A DNA stretch of 64,000 nt from Prorocentrum cordatum (taxonomy: Eukaryota), in the NCBI GenBank assembly GCA_963575745.1, contig CAUYUJ010000225.1, positions 62,001 to 126,000 on the forward strand, written 5' to 3'. This document shows, in pieces, positions 23,981-36,030 of this stretch; positions within the stretch are counted from its first letter, which is position 1, and each line of letters begins with the position of its first letter. Position numbers and translations under genes: made by a program. The notes beneath the pieces were generated by a model that was not told the DNA's origin, ran no database searches, and saw nothing but the letters and a program-made list of their open reading frames with translations.

Positions 23981-26900
23981 TGATGCCCGCGGGGTAAGGC
24001 AACTGCGCCGATCCACAAGTACTCCCGCGCGCGCCCCCGCGCGCGCCCTCGCCTCGGCGCGGTCGCGCGCCCGAGGCCGTCAGGCAGGCCTCGGCCTCAC
24101 CTCGTGCAGCCCTCAGCAGCCTCGCCACCTTGGCGGCCATGCCTGGCGAGCAGCTTCTCTCCCGCGCGCGGCGCCTCGGCCTCGGCCGCGCGCCGCCGCC
24201 GCCCGCAGCCCCTGCTTCGCTTCGAGCAGCAAGGCCACCTGCAAGCGGCTGGGGCCCCTCCGGCATCCTGGCCTCCTCGGCCGCACTTCCGCCTCCCACG
24301 GCCCCTGCTTCGCATCGAGCAGCAGAGCCACCTGCAGGCGGCTGGTGCACCTCCTGCGCCCTGGCAACCTTGGCCTCACGCTGCCGCGGCGGCGCCGCGC
24401 TGCACGCGCGCCTGCTGCGCCTCTGGGGCGCGCCCCCTGCCTTGCCGCCCTCGGGCGGCTCTCCTCTCGTGGTCTCCAGCAGCGCGTCCACGTCGACTTC
24501 CTCCGCGCCGCTGGTCTGCACCTTGCTCACTCCTCCTGGATCACCTGCTTCGACCATCCCCTGCGAGCTGCCTCCTTCATCATGTGCAGGCAGGTATGCA
24601 GCCGTAGCCTCCTGCACACCCGCGCCCGCTCCTGCCGCCGCGGCGCTGGCCTCCGCTGCCTGGTCTGCCCGTCCGCCAGCCACCTCCGCGTCAAGCAGCT
24701 CCCCGCAGAAGTCGTCGAGGCGCGCGATGACGAATGGGACCACCCTCGCTGTGCGGGGCGCGAGCCCCCGCTGCAGCTTGGCCACCACCGCGCTGCCCGA
24801 CGCGGAAGGCGGCATCTTGCACTCTCCGCTGAAACCGCATACCCTGGCGGCTCCCGCGATCCCGCAGAGGCGGCAGGCGACCAGCGGCATCCTGCGCTCC
24901 AGCTGCTCATCCACGGTGGGGCGGATGACCACCAGGTCGTGGGCGGTGAGCCCCTGCTGCCTCAGCCTCCTGTTGGCCTTCGCCGCGTCCGCCACGATGG
25001 AGCCTGGGCACTCGCCCACTCTCTCCTCCGACCTGCAGACTTCGCACCACCTGGGCTGCCCAGGCAGCCCGCGCCAGGTGCAAGCCACCTGCGCTGCTGC
25101 TGTGCGCCTCTCAGGAAGAGCCCGCTGCTGCTTCACCTTGCCGTGCGTGGTGTCGCTGCCGTCAACCCAGGTGCCCACAGCCGAACACCACAAGGCGACC
25201 CTGTCCACGAGGCCTCGGCTTTGCGCAAGGCGCAGGCGCTCCTGGCCAGGCAGGCGCCCAGCATCGGCTGCCGCCTTGGCCGCGCGGTCGGCCAATCGAT
25301 TGCCGTGCCAGTCACGGTGCGACACCTTCCCAGCCGCCACTTGCTGCCTCGCGCTGTGGCTGGGCATCCACCTCAGTTGCACCTCGCCGCCCAGCCCTCC
25401 ACGTTCATCCAGCAGCGCCCAGGCCTGCCTCCACAGGTGCGCCCAAGAATGATCACTGGCCGTCGTACGCGCGCGCCCCGCCTGGTAGGAGCCGTCGAAC
25501 ACGTACTTCGAGTCCACAACCAGCACAGTGTCACCGTGCCCGTACCTCTGGGCCATGATCACTGCCGTGAGCTCGCTGCCGTTGATGTCGACGTACGGGC
25601 CAACCACCTGTCCAGCGACCGACGCCCTGTACACATCCTCACCCTGCATCAGCGCGACGGCACTCCAGCCCGCCGCCGTGAACTCACCGTAGTCCGCCTC
25701 GAACACCGAGCCGTCCAGGAAGAGCTCCCCAGCTGGCAGAACGCCCTCCTCATGTTCGCCCTTCCAGCATACCAGGTCGCTGGCCTGAGGCTTGCGCACC
25801 CCCCCCGGCACTGGCCACAGGCACCTCCCCAGCAGCAACTGGATCCCAGGCTGCTGCCATCTCCTCCTGAGGTCTTCGAGGTCTGGGGGAAGGGCCAGCA
25901 CCTCTCGCAAGCTAGCACAGTCACAATGCCTGTGCACCAGGGTGCCCTCCAAACCGCACCTTAGACACCCCGCGCAGTTGGCCAGCCCTTTCTCCGCCTT
26001 CCGTGCCTGCGTCCACTGCCCGTTGACGATCAGGGACCGCAAGTACGCCATCTCGCGCTGCGTGAGCCGCGCCTTGACTTTGCCAGCCCCTCCTCCCTGC
26101 AGCCCCTCGGGGTGGAGCACTCTCCCTGTGGTGGTCAGCCTCACCAGCGGCTCGAGCTCCCCGCCTGCTGCCAGGTGGCTGCACCCTGGGTGCTTGCTGA
26201 CTTGCCTCCACTGCCACCTCAGCACCGCTCGCATGACCAGCTTACGCACGACCCACGGCGCTACGTCGAAAGGCGCGATGGTGTTGCCGTCGTCCATGAC
26301 CCAGCCGTTGGCTTCTTGCACCTCCCACCCGATTCTCCGCAGCGACATCACCGTCGCAGCGCATGGCCCCTGCACGTGAGCCCAGGTGGTTGCCCTTTTG
26401 TCCTGCAGACCGCGGACAACCATGTGGAAGGGGCACCCAGTTCTCCCACACCGCCCGCAGCAGCATCATCACGGGCATGCAGGTCGCGTCGATGTTCGGG
26501 TCGAGCCCAGGCTGAAGCATCAGCCCCAGCGACCTGCTCTTGCTGGCCGTGGTGTTGGAGACCGCCACGAACGACATAGTCCTGGCGCGGTCCAGCTCAC
26601 CCATCGCGCACCCCGTGATGGCCGTGCCGTAGCCGATGCTAGGGTGCAGCCCCGTCTTCACAACCCTCTTAGCTGCGATCCTCTTGGCCTTCACCACCTT
26701 CAGCACCTTGAACTTCCTCAGCCTTTGCCCCGCCTGCTGGTAGCGGCCCTCGCGCACCGCGCGCCCTAGCCTCTTGCCCCCGCTGAAGTCACCCCCCAGG
26801 TTATGCTCCTGCCGCACCGCCAGCACCCCCAGCGGCTTGCGCAGCCTCTTCTCCAGCTCCTGCCTCGCCTCAGGGAAGTTGGCGAGGGCTCTGGACTTCT

Positions 26901-29326
26901 TGACCGCGACCGCCAGGTCCACCTCGCTGAGCAAGACCTTGAAGTGCCCTGGCCGCTGCCGTGATGTCCCCGACGACGCGCTGCATGCCCCCAACCCTCC
27001 TGATGATGATGTCATCTACGACCACCGAGAGGGCCACCGTGGGCACCAACGCCTGCAGCCTGTCCAGCGGCTCCAGCAGCAACATCTTGAGCATGAGCGT
27101 TGCCAAGCAATCTCCTGGCAGCACAGCCTGCTCCGTGTAGATGGCGTCGCTGACCGCTTCGTCGCGCGCCAGCCACCTGGCACCTGGCCGACCTGTACAG
27201 ACTGACCTGGAGCTTGAGCTGCCACAAGGGGAACCCCGTCTTCGTCGCTGCACGAATGAGGTGCCCGTGCTGCACCTGCTCGAACGCCTTGAGCAAGTCC
27301 AGGAGCACCAGCGCGGCGACCCAGCTGGAGGCGTCGCCAGTCTCACGCCCTTTGGCCGTGGCCCACTCGCACTTCACCGCCTGCTGCCAGACCGCCCTCT
27401 GGCAGCCCTTCCCTCTGGACGCCCAGAAGAAAGGCCGATCGTTCCTGCTCTTCCACTCGACTGCCGCTGGCCTGCGCCGCCTCGTCTGGATCCTCGCGAG
27501 CACGTGGGCGATGGCCACCGGCCTCACTCCTCCTAGCCTCTTGGCCAGGAAGACGATATTGTTGTTCAGCTGCGGCCACTCCGCCGCCATCTCTACGGCC
27601 ATCACGACGTCGATGAGCGTCTCGAGGCCCTCGTCACTCAGCTCCAGGAACTGCCGCGGCTTGACTGCCTCGAAACCCGCCGCGGTGCCCTTCCTGAACG
27701 AGCGCAGCACCGCCTTCATCTCCTCCACTGTCCGCCTGCCAGGCCTCACACCCAGATCGCCTGGCCATGCCGGCTCCTCATGGGCGCACTGCACCCTCCA
27801 AAGCTTGCCCCATTATTGCTCGAGGGCGTCCAGCTCCTGGCAGAGGCTGTGGGGGCCTGCCGCGGAGCTGCAGTCGCTGCCTTGCCAGCCGACAGCCACT
27901 CTCGTGACTGCATGCTGCCCTCCCGCTCCTCCCTTCAGCTGCTTGTCGACCCATTCGTCGAACTGCCTGCCGCGCTCGTCGGTGTCACGCCTGGCGAGCT
28001 GACTGGCGCGCACCTTGGCCAGCCTGGCCAGGGTCAATAGGGCCACGGGGTCCCAGCTCGCAAGCCCTGCATGCTGCAGCACCCTCAGCCACCTGCCCGC
28101 CTCTGTGCTGTCATGCTTGCCTCCCAGCTCACTCTCGGCCTGCTCTTGCCACAGCCTGACCCTCTGAGGCGCCAGCTCCGCCAACCTGGGCAGGAAGCCG
28201 AGCGCATCAATCCGACCTCGGGGCGCTTGTGCCCTCGCCGCAGCCTCCAACGTGTTTGCCACCCTGGCCATCCACGCTGCTTCAGGCGTGTGCCTCGGCG
28301 CCCGCGGCTCCTGGATCCCGCTGCGTTGCACCCTCTTGGTGGAGAAGCCCTGCGCCCTGCCCGCGTACCTGTCCCTCTGGTCCTCCAGCTGGTACACGTC
28401 CAGCCACTCCTCCTCAGCGCACTCCAGGAAGGTGGCGAAGGCAGCGGTGGGCGCGTCCTTGGCGCGAGTGCCCTCGCACTCCAACTCGCCTGCACCGCCG
28501 CCTCTCCTCCAGCACCTCCTCGCGCCTCCACGGGAGGCGGGCGGCCTGTCTTCCCCAGAGGCTGGGGGGCCTCGCGCATGCTCCTTCAGCCGCTTCAACC
28601 TGAAATGGACTACCCGCGATTACATACGGTGCCTGGCTCGGATGCATGCTGCCAGTCCCAGCATGGGGAGCAGCTCCTGGGCATCCTTCATGCCCCCGCT
28701 GCTCCGCCACCTCCTCCTCCTCCTCGGGACGGCGGCACCGTGCTGGATGCACCGTGCTGGATGCCAGTCGGCACCGTGCTGGATGCAGCACTTGCTTAGG
28801 TTGCGTCCAGAGGCTGCTGCGGCCAGCGTGGGCGGGGGCGGCAGCGCGCTACCGAGGGGGCCCCACCTTGCCCTCTGGCCCTCCAGTGGTTTTCCGAGGA
28901 TGCGATTGGCTATGGCAGCGCCTCGGGGCCACCGCCTTCCCTCCGCACGCTGCTGCTGGCCAGAGTCACCAGTCCAGTCCTCCTCCTGTGGTATTTCGAG
29001 GATGCCGTTGGCAGCGCCTCGGGGCCGCCACCTTCCCACTTCGCTTGGCCTCCAGCTGGCGGCGGCGCCGCCCTCCCGCGGCCTTGTCTGCTGGCTCACC
29101 GCGACGACCAGCGCGTGTGCCACTGCTGAGTGCCTCGCGCCTTTCTCAGCCTCATGTGGTTTTTGTTCGAGGATGCCCTTGGCAGCGCCTCGGGGCCACC
29201 ACCTTCCCTCTTCTGGTGGTCGCCCATCAGCCTCGGCGCCACCCATCTGCGGCCTCGCCTTCTGGCCTTCGGCTCCGACCAGCCCGCGCTCTGCCTCTTC
29301 GCGGCCAGCGCCTGCCTCCCCCTCGA

Positions 29327-29369
<43 letters not shown>

Positions 29370-30406
29370 TTTATTCTTTTTCCGAGGATGCCCTCGGCAG
29401 CGCCGCGGGGCCACCACCTTCCCTCTGCGCGCTCCTCCATGCGCGCCACCTCTGCCTCTTGTTTTTTTTTTTTTTTTTCGAGGATGCCCTCGGCAGCGCC
29501 TCGGGGCCACCGCCTTCCCTTCGCACTCCTGCGGTCCTCAGCCTCGTCGCCCTCCTCTAGCGCCCTCGGCTCACCAGCAGCTGCTGCCAGGCCTACTGTT
29601 AGCTGCTCCCTCACGCGCTTCCTCGCCCGCACCCAGCTTCTGCGGTGATCCCTTGCACAGCATCCGTGCGGCCTTGCCTCAGGAAGCGCCCGAGGCCTCT
29701 GCACCACCCCCATGGCGCCCTCCATCTTCTGCTTGGCGACTTCGGCGATGACTGGCGCGTGCGGTTACACAGGCGAACCCGCCACCACCTGAGCTCCCTG
29801 CGCGAGCAGCCCGCGCGACACAAGGAAGTAGTCGATGATCCGCCCTGACGCCATGCAGGTGGGCCCCGCGGGTCTGACCACGGACGCGTCGAAGAGCGCC
29901 AGCACGCCGCCTGCCTGCAGCTCGTCATCACTGAGATTCCAATCCCCGCCGATCACGTACTCTCTGCGGCAATGCCTGAGCCTCCTCGCCAACAATTTGA
30001 GGCTCGACATGTTGCTGAGGTTGAGGCCCTCCCCCGCCTCCAGGTACAGGTTGGCAATCAGAAAGCCGCCGCCACAGATGCCCGAGACCCAGTGCACGTG
30101 TACTCTGCCGTCCACCAACACCGCCGCCTGGTGGTCCTGGACCTCCGCCATCCCGTGGCAACGTCACACCATGGTGATGGGCCCCCCAGTGCTGAGCCCA
30201 CCTGACTCAGACCTCAACGCTGGCGAACTCCTTGCCCGCCATCCTTGACCACGGAGTTGAGCCTCAGCATCTCCGCTCCTCCCCTCTAGCAGCCTGGTCT
30301 CCTGCACCAGGATGGCGTCGCAGCTCTGCACCTCCTTCACCATCAAGCACTTGCCCAGGCTGCTGAACGCGTTGACATTGACCGTGCAGATCCTCCAGAC
30401 GCCCAT
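23981..30406 (-). pseudogene. LINE C ORF2 (EN-RT-RNase H), frameshifted
   Basis: Fragments 30164-30466, 29765-30151, 27813-28598, 27012-27794, 26242-27015, 23772-26423. Confidence 0.92.
28840..29519 (-). repeat. Array of a ~41-nt hairpin repeat with variable spacers inside LINE C
   Basis: CGAGGATGCCCTCGGCAGCGCCTCGGGGCCACCGCCTTCCC variants start at 29479, 29383, 29168, 28997 and 28895, with a remnant near 28840. Confidence 0.9.
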
Positions 30407-30413
30407 CCCATCG

Positions 30414-31556
30414 CTAGGACTCTGAGTCCTTCTCCTCCTCCCCCGTGCGCATCTTCTTGGCATCATTTATGAGCGCCTCAGCCGCCTTCCTCTTGCCAGG
30501 GTCCACGAACTGCTCCTCCAGCTCCTTCCAAGCCTGCTGCACCTCAGGGGATGGCTGCAGCGGCCGAGGCTCCGCCTCAGCAGCCGACCTTGCCACAGCC
30601 CCAGCCCTCGCGGGTGCAGCAGCGCCAGCTCCCGCAGGAGGCGGCTGCACAGGATCTGGCACCGCAGCACCCTCTCCTGCCGCCTTGCTCTTCCACTCGA
30701 ACAGCTTCTCGACCGCCTCAGGCAGCTTGACGAACCCCCCGCAGAACACTGGGTTGGCCGCCACCCCGCTGGACTTGGCCCAGCCCGCGAGCGTCGCCAT
30801 GACCTCCTGCAGGGAGGCAGGGGTGGCGGACGCTGCCGTCGCCACCTCGGCTGCCACGGCGGTCCCCGCCAACCTGGCACTCTGAGCTGCCAGCGCCTCG
30901 CGCGCTCTGGCGGCTGCCTCGGCCAGCTCCTGCCGCAGCTGCTGCAGCTTCTCCGTGAGGTCCGCCGTCTCGTTGATGGCCGCCCTCGCCTTCGCCTTGG
31001 CCAACTCCAGCATGTGCCCAGTCCGCTTGACCTTCTGCGCCTTCTCGTCAGCCAGCAGCTGGGCGGCTTTGACGGCCTTATCCTTGGACAGGTCGTCACC
31101 CAGCCCTTCGCGCACCAGCCGCCTGGCCTGCTGGAGCTCGCTCCTGATCTTCGCACTGAACAGCTTGGTCGCGATGGCGAACTGCCCATCTGACATGCTG
31201 ACGAGCTCACGACGCTCATCGTCGTTGAGCACCACTCCCGCAGCACGCTGACCTCCTTCACCGCACTCATCGCCTCGCCACCGCGGCGCACGGGTCGCAG
31301 GCGCGCCAGCCCCAGCACGTCCACCACGCCCGCCACCGCCAGCGCCAGCAGGAGCACCGCCACGACCTTGAGCCCCTTGCGGCAGGAAGCTGCCCAGGAC
31401 CCTCTGCGACGGCTTGCCTCCACCCTGGCACGCGTGGCGACAGCGCACTCGCTCGGCGAAGTTGTAGTAGCTGCGCTCCTGGCACACCCATCCCAGGGGC
31501 CCGCCTGAGCGACCTCCCCCGCGCCCTTGCCCCGCGCCGCGCCCCATCGCGCGCAA
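30414..31556 (-). CDS. LINE C ORF1 (RGG-rich N-terminus, degenerate RanBP2-type zinc finger, coiled coil)
   Basis: 380-aa open frame with WVCQERSYYNFAERVRCRHAC. Its stop lies 8 nt before the ORF2 ATG (30406). Confidence 0.8.
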   Translation of the reverse strand: MRAMGRGAGQGRGGGRSGGPLGWVCQERSYYNFAERVRCRHACQGGGKPSQRVLGSFLPQGAQGRGGAPAGAGGGGRGGRAGAGAPATRAPRWRGDECGEGGQRAAGVVLNDDERRELVSMSDGQFAIATKLFSAKIRSELQQARRLVREGLGDDLSKDKAVKAAQLLADEKAQKVKRTGHMLELAKAKARAAINETADLTEKLQQLRQELAEAAARAREALAAQSARLAGTAVAAEVATAASATPASLQEVMATLAGWAKSSGVAANPVFCGGFVKLPEAVEKLFEWKSKAAGEGAAVPDPVQPPPAGAGAAAPARAGAVARSAAEAEPRPLQPSPEVQQAWKELEEQFVDPGKRKAAEALINDAKKMRTGEEEKDSES

Positions 31557-31651
31557 GACACTGGAGGAGACGCGCCCGACTGCCAGAGCGCAAAGACTCT
31601 TGCCTGCCGCGGACTAGCGGCATCCGTTCGACCCCCTCGGGAACCTGGCAC

Positions 31652-31673
31652 CTTGAGCCAAAATGGCTGCGGA
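31652..31673 (-). other. Genomic copy of the dinoflagellate spliced leader (DinoSL)
   Basis: Minus strand reads TCCGCAGCCATTTTGGCTCAAG against the consensus DCCGTAGCCATTTTGGCTCAAG, one mismatch. Confidence 0.96.
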
Positions 31674-31937
31674 GGAGGATCGAGGCGGAGGAGGACGACG
31701 ACGACGACGAGCAAGCGATAAGTGAAGGCTTTGTGATATTTGTGGTTTGGGGGTGCTGGAGGGGGGGGGGGGGGGGCGACCTTTTTTTTTTTTTTTTTTA
31801 TTTTTTTTTTTTTTTTAAATATGTGTATATGTATGTATGTATGTATGTCTGTATGTCTGTCTGCCTGTATGTATGTACGTACGTGTGTGTACATATATGT
31901 GTGTATATTCGTGTGTATGTCTAGATGTATATATATA

Positions 31938-34900
31938 CAAGATGTTAAGGCTCGCTGCGCTTCGCCTTCTAATCTTGACCCTTGCACCCACGATGTTTCT
32001 GGGCGCGGGCGAGAACCTTTTTGTTCAATGAGGTGCGTGGGAAATGCGCGAGCGGAGGCGAGGCGAAGCGAGTGCGCGGTAACGCCCGGGCTCATCGGAG
32101 AGATGATGTGTCGACGGGGCTGTGCCGTCGCCGGCGCTTGCAACCCAGGTAGCGTAGTCGACGTCGCGGTGTGGTCGGTGGTTCACCTGCAAAGCGTAAG
32201 TAGTGAAAAGCTCCCATGTAGCAGATGTCCGAACACTGTCGTTGACGATAGAGTCCCGCGTGCCTCCTTTCACAACAGGAGGAATCTGGCGGAAATCCCC
32301 ATAGCAGACGAAAGCCTTGTTCTTCCAGATGGTAGTGTGGTGCTGTTGAATGTGGCCCAATAGTTTGAGGGCGCTCTCCCACGCAGGTCGTTTAGCATTT
32401 GGCCATTCATCCCATTGGAGCACAGACGCCGCGGCGAGGGCACCGGCACCTTTGGAGCTCATCGGCAGAGAGCAAGTGAGGACGTCCTCGTCAGGCACCG
32501 GAGTCTTGCAGAAAGAGTGCGCCGTGGCGCCGAATGGGAATTGCAGGGCCGCGACTCCTTTTGGCCATGTTGACGACTCCCTGTCCACTCCCCAAAGCAG
32601 CGTGAGTGATGGAACTGGTGACGGTGGATTTGCCTCTGCCAGCGGGGCCGTGGGCGAAAAAATACTTTTCGGCCCCGGCGCGGATGGGCGCGATTATCGA
32701 TTTGACGGCGTCGGTCTGACTCGGATCCTTTGAAAGGTATTGTAGATGGTCTTCGCGCGGGATTGCGCTTCTTGCGGGGGAAATGGCGCCGCAGAGGTGT
32801 CTGGTGCTGGGGATGGTTGAGACCGTGCAGGTTTGTCTTCTTCCAGCGTGAACGATTTGCCAGTGCACCGGCACGAGAGGCGCAAAGCGTCGCACGCAGC
32901 TTTGCGGGCGTAATCGAGAGTGAGCCCGCGATCGCGGAAATCACCGAGGAGATGCTTCTCGAACTTGTTGCACAGCGTCACGGCGCGCGCGTCCTGCTCG
33001 AGCAACGCGACGAAGGCGAACCGTAGTTGAGCGGCAGTGTATCGAAGCTCGTCTAACTCCTGGAGCACCCGCGCGGGTTCGTCAGCTGTCGCAAAATACC
33101 CGGTCGCCACAAGGGCTTGCTCATAAGTGGGGTACCTCCGGCCGGCGTGGGTTTTGCAGTCGGCGAAGCTTGGTTTTGGGTAGTTCAACAGTATGTGTCT
33201 GAGGTAAAACACCAGAACACCTCTCTCTGTTCGGGGCACTTCATTTCCTGCCTGCATATAGGATGTTCGCCCCGTTGCTTCTCGTAGACGAAGTGGGTCC
33301 GACCTGGGGGGGCAGCGTCGAGCACGGGCGCCAGGGCCCCGTCCGGCGGGGGGGTCGCCGAAGGCGCCGCAGCCCGTGGGAAGAGGTCGGGAAAGTGGTG
33401 CTGCAAGGCTTGCGGGCAAGATTTGGCCACCATGAAGCGCTCGAAATATTCGCAGTACTTCGTGGAGAGGTGCGGCTCGAACTTGGGCCGGTGGAATTAG
33501 CGTTGCAAAAACGAAATAGACGATTGTACGGCGTCCTCTTCTTGTCCGGCGGCATAGGTGATCCAATCTTCGTCATCGCAATGCACTGGTGGACAAACCA
33601 CATGAGGGATGCGTTCATACATAGTGTAGCCAAACATGCGCCACGCGCATTCCGTGGCACAAATATAACGGCCACGCTGCTATTATTTGATCTCGTCTTT
33701 GTTGCCAGTGTCCTCCTGGAGCTCATACTTGACAAAGTCTGGTCCTTTGAACGGGGACTTGTAAAGGTATTGGAACAGGTTGACGGACCCTGCGAATTTG
33801 ACATTGGCGTGTCCGTCTCACAGCAGGAGGATGGTGGGGTTGTATTTCACGATCAGCCGGTTGCAGCAGGCAGATCGTTTGCCGTAAGATGCGGTCCCAG
33901 ACGCGCAATTGGGGCAGTCACCGCCACAATGTCTGCGGCGGTGATGTGGATACCCTCGCTCGTCAAAGTACGCGTCGTCTTGGAATGGCCACGGGCGCCA
34001 TTTGATGCACTCCTGAGATGGGTCGTCGGTGCGGCACGAATGGTTGCACGAGTGTATCATGTGTTGAAGGACGAGTGCGCGGACAGGACCGTCTGGTGGA
34101 AGTTCGCATGAGACGAAGGTGTCCACGGCTTCGGGCGTAGTTGGCGGCGTTGTCAGGGCTATGGCAACGTGAGAACGGGGCAGCCCTCTGCGCTGATATT
34201 CAATACCCTGATGACGCACCTGCGGTCTCCACAGAACTCACGCTTGAGGTGCGCCATCGTCTTCTCCAATCGAGCGCGGAATACGCGGACCACGATGTCT
34301 GGGCGGTCTGCTGCTGTCTGGCCCGGATGCAGAGTGGCAGTGGTCTCGGGCCAGTATGGGTTGCACGTCAACGTGATGAAGAAGGTTGGCGGGCCTTTTC
34401 GCCGAGCAAGCCCCAGGGAGTCCATTCGGAGCTTGCGTAGGTGGCGGGGGGACCCGGGCACGCTCGAAAACAAATATGCACTCGTGCCAGGGAGGGGCGC
34501 GTCATTGGCGAGGGCCTCGCACATGTCTTCTCGTTTGGAAGTTCGTTGAGCCTGTGCTCTGCGAAGAAGTCCGAGCCTCTCATCCTCCATCATGCAGTGC
34601 ATGTTCACGAGCCACTCGTTCACGAGCCGCCCACGTAAATTCATGCGCGGGCTTCGTAGGAGGTGTTAACGGTGCCACCACATCTGTGTGAGGCGCTGCC
34701 CCGCGTTCGCGAGCATGTCGGCGCTCCGTCCGCGGCCGCCGCGGGGAAACCAGAGCGGGTAACTCAAGGGCTCGTAGAGCGCGCTCAGCGGGTTCATGTA
34801 TTGCGGCGTGGGACACGAGTTCCTTCGGAATACGACAGACCGGGGCGACGCGTCCACGCGGGGTGTTTCATGGACAATCGCAGCGAGCTCGTCGATGCCA

Positions 34901-36030
34901 TCGTCCCACTGGAGCTCGACCGCCACGGCGGCGCCGCGTACTGACGGGGCCGACAAGCGTCAAAGCTCTTTCGCATAGCCATTGTGCGGAAGGATACGTG
35001 TCTCCAGTCGCCGAAGCAACTTTAGGTCCACATTGTGCGCAGTGGCGTTCGTGGCGCGCTCCCGAGGGTCGACGACAATGTAGCGTGGAGGCGCAGTGTC
35101 AGCACAGCTCCAAATCCGCCGGTACATCGTGCCAGGGACTCGGATATTGGAAGGCCGCAGCTCGCTACTGAATCGCAACTCCCGTTCCGAAGTAGTGCTT
35201 TGAATCTCGTGCACGGCGAAAGAGAACAGACTATTGCAGCGCCTGCTGATGGCTGAGAACCCCGTCGATCCGAGGTGCATTGGAAATCGCGTCGTGTATT
35301 GGGCGTCCCTATTCGTCCTTGTACAGCCACGTAGTGCCGAACGTTTTCATGAGAGCGCCTGCAGGGGGCTTGTAGTACTTTGTGAAATCCACGTAATGCT
35401 TCCCGGCGCCGCAGCAGAAACCATCGCCTTCGCAGCGGGACAGCTTTGTGGAGCAATGGGTGCATGTGTGCGTCATGGCACCCAAATCGATTCGGGAAAA
35501 GGCGCCCTCCGGGCGTCCTAGTGGACAGCAGTGTCGGCATATCTTCTGGTTGCGGGCGTGCCACCTGGGAGCAAAATCGCCCAGCGGCAATGTTTCTCCG
35601 CATCGAGCACAGACACAAAATGAAGCCGGCTGCGCAACACATGCCTTGCAAATTCTCTCGGTTCTGTGTCGTTGTCGAACTGCGAAGTCCTCGGGGGAGA
35701 GCTCCTCGTGACAGCGAGTACAGGGCAAGGCCACCGCAGGTCTGTTTTGGAGGGCGGCGCATGCTCTGCAAATCGTTGTGGCTTTGTGTAGCTGAGTGGG
35801 TGTGAAAGAGTCGCGCGGAAGGTCGGTCGTGCACACCAAGCACGTGAAATATGCCCGTGTGGCGCATGATTTGCAAGTCTTCGTGGCTTTGTGTAGCTGG
35901 GTAGGTGTGAGCGAGTCGCGCAGCAGGTCGGCCTCGCAGACAGAGCACGTAAAGCATGTTGCCAGCTTGGGGCCCATGGCGCAAAGCAAATGATCACGGT
36001 GTACATGTGCCCATCCCAAGAATGGGAGAT
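31938..36030 (-). mobile_element. Defective Helitron (zinc fingers, HUH Rep, truncated Pif1 helicase)
   Basis: GAMTHTCTHC..FCCGAG, YEPLSYPLWFP, GRLVNEWLV, PGSPR..GPPTFFITLTCNPYWPE, DRPDIVVRVF, IEYQRRGLPRSH, YLFKYLYK. Helicase motifs HGPAGRGKS, WDEWP, GDFRQIPPVV. A GC hairpin at 31947-31968 precedes CTTG|T. The 5' end was not located. Confidence 0.92.

Larger units (their letters stand above)
23981..31673 (-). mobile_element. Full-length LINE C (ORF1; APE-RT-zf-RNase H) with 5' spliced leader and TSD
   Basis: GGAGGAGGATCGAGGCGGA at 23962-23980 and 31671-31689. ORF1 at 30414-31556. EN motifs CTVNVN, VQETR, GGDWN, IIDYF. RT motifs KRLGGVRPV, LLDLLKAFE, VVVDD (~27011). GTLVHRHCDC. RNase H motifs FLDGS, SEL, VDSKYV, WMPSH, GNRLAD. 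Confidence 0.95.

Noticed and set aside
28840..29519. CRISPR array
   Set aside because: Eukaryotic context, no cas genes, spacers of 55-174 nt that are partly related, and repeats inside a coding frame.
28895..29519. HDV-like ribozyme suggested by TCCTCG in the repeat
   Set aside because: The downstream P3', P1', P4 and J4/2 elements are absent; an A tract follows instead.
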